Below are positions 1 to 5,911 of a DNA stretch of 20,000 bases, piece after piece. The position numbers and the translations under genes are program-made. The stretch comes from an uncultured virus (IMG/VR IMGVR_UViG_3300028805_000098). Taxonomy: Duplodnaviria; Heunggongvirae; Uroviricota; Caudoviricetes. The stretch covers positions 54,585-74,584 of IMG/VR virus record IMGVR_UViG_3300028805_000098; one strand, written 5' to 3'. The notes beneath the pieces were generated by a model. It made no database searches and was not told the DNA's origin. It saw only the letters and a list, made by a program, of their open reading frames with translations. The stretch's first letter is position 1. Every line of letters begins with the position of its first letter.

Positions 1-21
1 AAAATGGGATGGTTCTTCTAA
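1..21 (+). CDS. 3' end of an upstream gene (partial, ...KMGWFF*)
   Basis: Frame is open from base 1 to TAA at 19-21 and is followed by a terminator of the same family as the one ending the 396-884 cassette. Confidence 0.4.
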   Translation, partial: KMGWFF

Positions 22-36
22 CTGGTCACGTCACGC

Positions 37-216
37 TCACCGGTCACGCTCATTATACGGGCGTGATTTTTTTTTGTTTTCCAACCTCGCAATACCCGAG
101 AAGAAGTATGGGGTAAAGCAAAAGCATTTAGTAGAGAACCAAAGATTTATCTCCACTGGACTGCTGGTTGGTACGATAATGTTCCGACCACCAAGTGTAA
201 TACCACCAAATTTCAT
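37..216 (-). CDS. Possible 59-aa chimeric small ORF (MKFGGITLGGRNIIVPTSS...), antisense to the amidase fragment
   Basis: AAGGAGG RBS (complement of 225-231) lies 8 nt upstream of the ATG at 216; the frame is open to TGA at 39-37. Confidence 0.3.
   Translation of the reverse strand: MKFGGITLGGRNIIVPTSSPVEINLWFSTKCFCFTPYFFSGIARLENKKKSRPYNERDR
43..75 (+). terminator. Intrinsic terminator
   Basis: GTCACGCTC-attatac-GGGCGTGAT stem followed by a T9 tract; homologous to 897-926. Confidence 0.8.
96..188 (+). pseudogene. Duplicated fragment of the amidase gene (copy of ~1026-1120)
   Basis: 96-180 matches 1026-1111 with about 4 substitutions; no start codon or RBS. Confidence 0.85.
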
Positions 217-285
217 GATGTTTGCCTCCTTATATGATTCATCATCGGAATCGAATTACCTTTTTTAAGAAGGGTTTAATTTCAA

Positions 286-398
286 TCCGACATCACCCCC
301 ACCCACATTTATATATTATATACGCGTAGAAGAGTTAAGTAGGCAGCTCACTACTAAGATGAAAAAACCTACGATCCCTTAAGGAGGGATTTGGAATG
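286..398 (+). promoter_or_regulatory. Cassette leader, diverged copy 0 (promoter plus structured 5' UTR)
   Basis: TCCGACAT, TATATATTAT (310), GAGTTAAGTAGG...TACTAA, AAAACCTACGATCC and TTAAGGAGG are shared with the copies at 4208, 5050 and 13332. Confidence 0.8.
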
Positions 399-884
399 AC
401 CACAGACGATTTCGGATACGAGCTGGGTCAAATACTCAACTTTCAATGCACTGAACCAGAGGATTTCGATGGTGAGTGCATCGGATCCCGGTGCCCGAAC
501 TTCCATGAGTGCCATAGTCATCCGCATTACTACATCAGCACGGCATATTACAAAAAGTATGCTGTTGTGAGCGATGATTGGCACGAGGTTGGCATCTTTG
601 ATGTTGACATCGTAACACCGAAACAGGCGGCCGAAATAATTTGCAATGGAGCAACGAATCCTACCCGGATCGAACGCGCCAACCGCATCAGTGTCGGAAG
701 CCAATGGTTCAAAACGCTCGATGATGAAATAGAATGCGAGTATGTCGACATCAACGGTATTCGCTACTATTTTGACGATCAGTATTGCTTCGGCGGCTAC
801 ATCAACTGGGCTCGCGCCATAATCAAGGAAAACAATCTTTCGTTTGAAGATGTCGTTTATCTCAATGAACTCTTGGAGCAATAA
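396..884 (+). CDS. Hypothetical early protein, 162 aa, with N-terminal Cys/His cluster
   Basis: AAGGAGG RBS, leader upstream and terminator downstream; CIGSRCPNFHECHSHPH motif. Confidence 0.85.
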   Translation: MTTDDFGYELGQILNFQCTEPEDFDGECIGSRCPNFHECHSHPHYYISTAYYKKYAVVSDDWHEVGIFDVDIVTPKQAAEIICNGATNPTRIERANRISVGSQWFKTLDDEIECEYVDINGIRYYFDDQYCFGGYINWARAIIKENNLSFEDVVYLNELLEQ

Positions 885-896
885 CGCTCCGCTGCG

Positions 897-926
897 GTCT
901 CGCTCATATGGGCGAGATTTTTTTTT
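897..926 (+). terminator. Intrinsic terminator
   Basis: GTCTCGCTC-atat-GGGCGAGAT stem plus T tract. Confidence 0.85.
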
Positions 927-950
927 CATTTCTAACCTCTTAATATTCAA

Positions 951-963
951 GACAATCTCATAA
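951..963 (+). promoter_or_regulatory. Putative phage late promoter GACA-N6-TAA
   Basis: GACA ATCTCA TAA just upstream of the amidase RBS; the same motif precedes several backbone genes. Confidence 0.65.
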
Positions 964-979
964 AGGTAGGTGAACGAAA

Positions 980-1582
980 ATGCGTGAAGTTACACTTAAA
1001 GAAATCTATCAACTCGCTTCTGCTGCCCGAGAAGAAGTTTGGGATAAAGCAAAAGCACTTGGTAGAGAACCAAAGATTTATCTCCACTGGACTGCTGGTT
1101 GGTACGATAATAAGTCTGACGACTACCATATCAATATCGATAAGAATGGCAAATATTATGCCAGTACAGATAATTTTGCTGATGTTATCGCCGGAACATA
1201 CAAACGTAACAGTGGAGCTATCAACATCACAATATGTTGTGCGGTATATGCGGATACCAAAGACTTAGGTCCGAATCCTCCAACCGCTGCACAGATTGAA
1301 AGTATGGCTTTGGCTGTTTGTGCAGTAGCTGAAGGATTATGGCTCACAATCAATCCAGGTCATGTAATGACACATGGAGAAGCTGCAGATAATGAAGATG
1401 GTTTGTGGTGTCATGAACAATATGGACCGAAATCAACTTGTGAACGCTGGGATTTGGAATATCTTGAAACTTCAGAATCCCCAAAGTTTAATCCTCATGC
1501 AATAGACGGTTCTCGCGGTGGAGACGTTCTCAGAGGAAAAGCTCTTTGGTATCTCCCAGAATTCAGAAAGAATTACAAATAA
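980..1582 (+). CDS. N-acetylmuramoyl-L-alanine amidase (Amidase_2/T7-lysozyme-like endolysin)
   Basis: IYLHWTAG, YHINID, TYKRNSGAINI, PTAAQIESM and VMTHGEAA motifs typical of Zn amidases. Confidence 0.85.
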   Translation: MREVTLKEIYQLASAAREEVWDKAKALGREPKIYLHWTAGWYDNKSDDYHINIDKNGKYYASTDNFADVIAGTYKRNSGAINITICCAVYADTKDLGPNPPTAAQIESMALAVCAVAEGLWLTINPGHVMTHGEAADNEDGLWCHEQYGPKSTCERWDLEYLETSESPKFNPHAIDGSRGGDVLRGKALWYLPEFRKNYK

Positions 1583-1590
1583 ACTCAAAA

Positions 1591-1618
1591 TGAGGAAGAG
1601 ATTCGAATCTCTTCCTCA
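1591..1618. terminator. Perfect 28-bp palindrome/hairpin after the amidase
   Basis: TGAGGAAGAGATTC|GAATCTCTTCCTCA; no strong U tract. Confidence 0.6.
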
Positions 1619-1654
1619 ACTTACCCTTAAACTAATTCAAAGGAGGTAACGCTT

Positions 1655-3940
1655 ATGAATCTTGAACGCGTTATCAAACGCGACGGTTCGTTGGTTTCAT
1701 ACGACCGATCGAAAATTTACAAAGCGATTGTTGGAGCTAACAACGCTTCCGTCGAACAAATGACCGAACGCGATCTTGAGAATATCATTGAACAGATAGA
1801 GTCCGATATTGGTGATCGTACTGAAATATCAGTCGAAGATATTCAAGATGTCGTGGAACGTCGTCTTATGCAACACGGATTTTTCGAGATAGCCAAGAAG
1901 TATATTTGTTACAGATATAAACATATGCTTCGTCGGGAATCGAAGAAGAATCTCATGCAAACTTATAAAGACATTTTGTTTACTGATGCCTCAGCGATGG
2001 ACGATAAGAGGGAAAATGCAAATATTAACACTGATGGTCCAATGGGCATAATGCTTAAACTTGGATCAGATGGAGCAAAAGAATTCGCGCTTAATACCCA
2101 ACCAAAAGAATTTGCTGAAGCACATCGTCAACATTTCATTCATGAACACGATAACGATTTCTCAATGATAACGTTGAATTGTTGTCAAATTGATCTACTG
2201 AAACTGTTTCACGGTGGGTTTTCAACAGGTCATGGTCATATAAGAGAACCAGGCTCTATTCGATCATATGCAGCTTTAGCATGTGTGGCAATTCAATCAG
2301 ACCAGAACGACTGTTTCGGAGGCCAGTCACTAAATGCAGAAGATTATGCGATGGCTGAAGGGATCAGAAAAACATTCGTGAAAGAAATTATATCTAAAAC
2401 GGTTGAATTTGGACAATTTGTGACATCGAACATGTACGACAAGCACACGGTTAGTAAAGAAGTCAAAGAAGAATTCGATAGAACAAAGATACATTACGTC
2501 GAAGATAAAGACATTAAGAATTCTAGTGATTATTGGGAAACCATAGAAGAAATATGGAGAGTTTTCTGTAAAGTTTTCATGGAAGTCGAGCGAAACGAAT
2601 GGGATGGTCTTCATTCAATTTATGAAATAGCAAAAGATGCCACTGAAGAAGAGACACGTCAAGCTATGGAAGCAATGGTGTATAATTTTAATAGCTTACA
2701 CGCTAGGTCAGGCGGGCAAGTTCCGTTCAGTTCTATCAACTTTGGTATGGATACTTCTCCAGAGGGACGATTGGCAATAAGAGAAACTCTCAACGCTATT
2801 GATGCTGGAATGGGAAAGGGAGAATCTCCACTATTTCCAATTTCGATTTTTCAGATTAAATCAGGAATCAATTTCAACCCAGGCGATCCAAATTACGACT
2901 TATTTAAGCGTGCATGTGAAGTGAGTGCTAAGAGGTTGTACCCGAACTTTGTATCGTGTGATGCCACTTTTAACTTGAAGTATTATAAACCAGGAAATTA
3001 TAATACATACGCTGCAACGATGGGATGCCGTACCCGTGTTATCGGAAATGTGAATGGACCTGAAGAAACTGGTGGAAGAGGAAATTTTAGTTTTGTGACT
3101 CTTAATCTTCCAAAATTTGCACTCGAAGCAAAACGTCAACTTGGAAACAACGCACCACAAGAAGAGATCATAAAACGTTTCTACGAGATATACGATCACT
3201 ATATTCAACTTAGTCACGATTATCTTCTTTACCGTTTTCAAATTATTGCAGATAAACACGTTTTCAATTTTCCGTTTTTGATGGGTCAAGGCGTTTGGAT
3301 GGGAAGCGATGAATTATCGCCAAATGATACTATACGAAAAGTTTTGAAAAATGCTACCCTTTCTATTGGATTCTGTGGTCTTGCAGAAACTTTAATAGCA
3401 TTAACAGGAAAACATCATGGAGAGAATGAGGATTCGCAACGGTTCGGATTGGAAATCGTCCAACATCTTCGTGACAAAACCGACAAGTTTAAAGTTGAAG
3501 AAAAAATGAATTGGTCAACCTTTTCAACTCCAGCCGAAGGGACAGCAAATACATTTCAAAAAGCGAATCGCAAAGATTATGGAATCATACGTGGTGTCAC
3601 CGATAGATTGTACATCACGAACAGTTTCCATGTTCCTGTGTATTATAAGATACGAGCTATCGATAAAATTCGTATCGAAGCACCATACCATGAAAAATGT
3701 GATGCTGGCGCGATAAGCTATATTGAGTACAATGGGGATCCTCTCCAAAATGTAGAAGCTTTTGAAAAACTTGTACGAGCCATGCACGATGCAAATATGG
3801 GATATTTCAGTGTGAACCACCCTGTCGACCGCGACCCGGTCTGTGGTTATACCGGTATTATAAAAAACGAATGCCCACACTGCAAACGCAAAGAACACGA
3901 ATCGTGGCATCACAAAACCGTACCGATGATTTCAATCTGA
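1655..3940 (+). CDS. nrdD: Anaerobic (class III) ribonucleoside-triphosphate reductase large subunit with N-terminal ATP cone; lacks the C-terminal glycyl-radical loop
   Basis: VIKRDG ATP cone; NCCQID, QSDQNDCFGGQ, RSGGQVPFSSINFG, TMGCRT, GRGNFSFVTLNLP, TPAEG, YITNSFHVPV, DPVCGY...CPHC; AAGGAGGT RBS. Confidence 0.96.
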   Translation: MNLERVIKRDGSLVSYDRSKIYKAIVGANNASVEQMTERDLENIIEQIESDIGDRTEISVEDIQDVVERRLMQHGFFEIAKKYICYRYKHMLRRESKKNLMQTYKDILFTDASAMDDKRENANINTDGPMGIMLKLGSDGAKEFALNTQPKEFAEAHRQHFIHEHDNDFSMITLNCCQIDLLKLFHGGFSTGHGHIREPGSIRSYAALACVAIQSDQNDCFGGQSLNAEDYAMAEGIRKTFVKEIISKTVEFGQFVTSNMYDKHTVSKEVKEEFDRTKIHYVEDKDIKNSSDYWETIEEIWRVFCKVFMEVERNEWDGLHSIYEIAKDATEEETRQAMEAMVYNFNSLHARSGGQVPFSSINFGMDTSPEGRLAIRETLNAIDAGMGKGESPLFPISIFQIKSGINFNPGDPNYDLFKRACEVSAKRLYPNFVSCDATFNLKYYKPGNYNTYAATMGCRTRVIGNVNGPEETGGRGNFSFVTLNLPKFALEAKRQLGNNAPQEEIIKRFYEIYDHYIQLSHDYLLYRFQIIADKHVFNFPFLMGQGVWMGSDELSPNDTIRKVLKNATLSIGFCGLAETLIALTGKHHGENEDSQRFGLEIVQHLRDKTDKFKVEEKMNWSTFSTPAEGTANTFQKANRKDYGIIRGVTDRLYITNSFHVPVYYKIRAIDKIRIEAPYHEKCDAGAISYIEYNGDPLQNVEAFEKLVRAMHDANMGYFSVNHPVDRDPVCGYTGIIKNECPHCKRKEHESWHHKTVPMISI

Positions 3941-3953
3941 CAAACTACAAAAA

Positions 3954-4005
3954 GCGTGACAAAGCCAGAACCTACAAGGTTCTGGCTTATTGTCCGCAAA
4001 AAAAA
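3954..4005. terminator. Hairpin terminator after nrdD (likely bidirectional)
   Basis: GCGtGACAAAGCCAGAACCT-aca-AGGTTCTGGCTtaTTGTCCGC; nearly duplicated at 4996-5036. Confidence 0.75.
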
Positions 4006-4006
4006 C

Positions 4007-4143
4007 GACTCCCAGGAAGATAGGCCTAGCCGCCAATTCTGTTACGCGGCGACTTCGAGGCGGGTTAATCCGAAGTCTACTATATAAGCCGAGTACAACT
4101 TAGGCGTTTGTCACCAATAACCTATCTTCCCTTAAAGTGGAGC
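4007..4143 (-). ncRNA. Candidate structured non-coding RNA (closing stem plus three hairpins); strand tentative
   Basis: GGAAGATAGG (4015-4024) pairs with CCTATCTTCC (4121-4130), enclosing GCCGC/GCGGC, GACTTCG/CGAAGTC and GCC..GGC hairpins. GC-rich, no ORF. On the minus strand it is preceded by AACA-N6-TAG and TATAAT and followed by U8. Confidence 0.55.
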
Positions 4144-4207
4144 TATTGCCCGCACATTAGTATTATAGATGCATCTAATGATATGTTGACACGATATAAT
4201 TTTTCAA

Positions 4208-4329
4208 TCTGACATCGCCCACCCTCCTAAGTATATATTATCGTGGTGTATGAGAGTTTAGTAGGAGTTCTCTTGTACTAAATTGACGAAAACCTACGAT
4301 CCACATCTTTAAGGAGGATGTTTGAAATG
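4208..4329 (+). repeat. Cassette leader copy 1 (promoter plus structured 5' UTR plus RBS)
   Basis: 4232-4323 is identical to 13356-13447 (92 bp) and nearly identical to 5074-5164. Confidence 0.95.
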
Positions 4330-4893
4330 AAAAACGCTCTGGTAAATTCGATCGTCTCCGTTATTAACGTCATTTGGGGTCTCACAGGAGGGGCAATTCT
4401 GTTCGGCGCGATGTACGTTATCGCGTACTTCAAAGTCAAAAACGGAACTGCGTCGTTGTACACCGATGTGAGATACGCGGATACTGGAAAGAAATTGACC
4501 ATATGGTCATTCTTGAAAAGGTTCGCCGTCCAGATGGAAGCAGTCCCGTTAGTAACAGATCAGGGGCTGGTTGCTTGCGTTCACGGAGGATTCGCAGAAT
4601 TCATTATCGAAGGCAAGAAAGAAAATCATTTCTCGATGGCGAACAAATTCGACAAGGGAGAGTACACACTCATCTCTTGTTGTAATGGTAGCCATCAAGA
4701 CTTCCATTTCAACGGGCGCAGTTTCAAACGCGACAAAAACACTATCAGTTTATATGAAACAATACTACTTCCATATAACAATGGAAAGCTTGTGTGTTGG
4801 GCTGACAAGACAATACGTCTTTACACCTGCGCGCAATCGGTGCAGTATTGGAAATATATTCCGAAGGTTATCTGCGCAAAAGGCTGGAAATGA
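4327..4893 (+). CDS. Hypothetical early protein with N-terminal transmembrane helix; possible HG...SC peptidase-like motif
   Basis: Start placed at the second ATG for correct SD spacing; hydrophobic IVSVINVIWGLTGGAILFGAMYVIAYF; LVACVHG and LISCCNG. Confidence 0.8.
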   Translation: MKNALVNSIVSVINVIWGLTGGAILFGAMYVIAYFKVKNGTASLYTDVRYADTGKKLTIWSFLKRFAVQMEAVPLVTDQGLVACVHGGFAEFIIEGKKENHFSMANKFDKGEYTLISCCNGSHQDFHFNGRSFKRDKNTISLYETILLPYNNGKLVCWADKTIRLYTCAQSVQYWKYIPKVICAKGWK

Positions 4894-4899
4894 TTCACG

Positions 4900-4963
4900 A
4901 AAGAATCTGTGTCGTAAATCGGCACAGACACCGCACACATTTGCGGCACAGATTCTTTTTCCC
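4900..4963 (+). terminator. Long bistable hairpin terminator (family member 1)
   Basis: AAGAATCTGTGTCGTAAAT pairs with ATTTGCGGCACAGATTCTT and is followed by T's; homologous to 13884-13953. Confidence 0.8.
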
Positions 4964-4995
4964 TCAAGGAGATATTTTTTACCTCCCACAACAAG

Positions 4996-5036
4996 AAGCG
5001 TGACAAAGCCAGAACCTTAATAGGTTCTGGCTTTTT
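4996..5036 (+). terminator. Second terminator, duplicate of the post-nrdD hairpin
   Basis: AAGCGTGACAAAGCCAGAACCT...AGGTTCTGGCTT is shared with 3952-3988; followed by a T tract. Confidence 0.8.
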
Positions 5037-5049
5037 CTCCTTTTTACGT

Positions 5050-5170
5050 TCCGACATTACCCTCTCCCATAAGTATATATTATCGTGGTGTATAGGAGTT
5101 TAGTAGGAGTTCTCTTGTACTAAATTGCGAAAACCTACGATCCACATCTTTAAGGAGGATGTTTGAAATG
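5050..5170 (+). repeat. Cassette leader copy 2
   Basis: Differs from copy 1 by two substitutions and one deleted A between TATATATTAT and the start codon. Confidence 0.95.
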
Positions 5171-5815
5171 AGCATTTACGTCAATGGTGTGAAATCAGAT
5201 GATTTGAACGACGAGGAGAGAAAGGCGTTCGAAAACGCTAAGGCGCTCAAATCACGTCATGTTCCGAGAGGAACTGACGGAGTGGTCTGGGCGCACGGCC
5301 TCAACGCTGTCAACAGATCGCAGTCGCCTGCGGTCGCACTCGAAAAACTGTTGACCATTCTTGGCACCGGAGCCGAGATAAGTTGCTCGAAACCCGGGCC
5401 TGAATCTAGGCTCATGAACGGAGGACTCGGCGTAATAGGCGTTTATGTGAAAGGCGAAACGTCGTTAATGGCCTCCGTTGATTGCGGGAGCTACACGATT
5501 GATGGGAAGCGTTACCCATCAATTCGTGAGGAGTTCATCGTTGACGACTATGAAAAACTCGACGACGAATACAGCGCCTACACCGAGGCGTTTGTCGCTC
5601 CGCAAAAAATCGTGGGGTTCTGGATTTCGAAAAAGGCGTACGAAAACTACGTCACGAATTTCGAATCCGGAGAAGCGGAAAAAGTTTACAAGAAACGCTA
5701 CGGCGAAAATTGGAAAGTCTTCTTTCGGTTTGAGTATCTCAAACCAAGAGAAGGTTTCATCAGCTGTTTCAACATGTTGAAAGACATGGGTATTCCTATG
5801 ACTTTCGCATATTGA
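5168..5815 (+). CDS. Hypothetical early protein, possible ADP-ribosyltransferase-like fold
   Basis: Leader, RBS and terminator present; WAHG / ISCS / YTEAFV arrangement. Confidence 0.8.
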   Translation: MSIYVNGVKSDDLNDEERKAFENAKALKSRHVPRGTDGVVWAHGLNAVNRSQSPAVALEKLLTILGTGAEISCSKPGPESRLMNGGLGVIGVYVKGETSLMASVDCGSYTIDGKRYPSIREEFIVDDYEKLDDEYSAYTEAFVAPQKIVGFWISKKAYENYVTNFESGEAEKVYKKRYGENWKVFFRFEYLKPREGFISCFNMLKDMGIPMTFAY

Positions 5816-5823
5816 AACAATTC

Positions 5824-5852
5824 AGCCACGCAAAACCGCGTGGTTTTTTTTT
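5824..5852 (+). terminator. Intrinsic terminator
   Basis: AGCCACGC-aaaacc-GCGTGGTT plus T tract. Confidence 0.85.
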
Positions 5853-5882
5853 CTCCGAATTTCACCTATTTTTACCCCTCGC

Positions 5883-5895
5883 GACAAAGCACTAA
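5883..5895 (+). promoter_or_regulatory. Putative late promoter GACA-N6-TAA
   Basis: GACA AAGCAC TAA upstream of the AGAGGTGA RBS. Confidence 0.65.
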
Positions 5896-5911
5896 AAAGA
5901 GGTGATAAACG

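Noticed and set aside
96..1111. DGR template/variable repeat pair
   Set aside because: The four mismatches are not adenine-specific in either direction, the target is N-terminal, and no reverse transcriptase is visible.
3938..4087. Stop-codon recoding extending NrdD (and TAG read-through at 7310-7312)
   Set aside because: Read-through yields short non-homologous tails that cross terminators or promoters; genes are intact in the standard code.
4007..4143. tRNA or group I intron in nrdD
   Set aside because: No TTC T-loop, canonical arm lengths or CCA end; no recognisable P7 core and no downstream nrdD exon.
4318..4326. First ATG of the leader as start codon (also 5159 and 13442)
   Set aside because: It abuts the SD with zero spacing and is absent in copy 0; the ATG 9 nt downstream has proper spacing.
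4900..4963. Canonical integron attC site
   Set aside because: No RYYYAAC/GTTRRRY ends, no integrase in the window, and the cassettes carry their own promoters.
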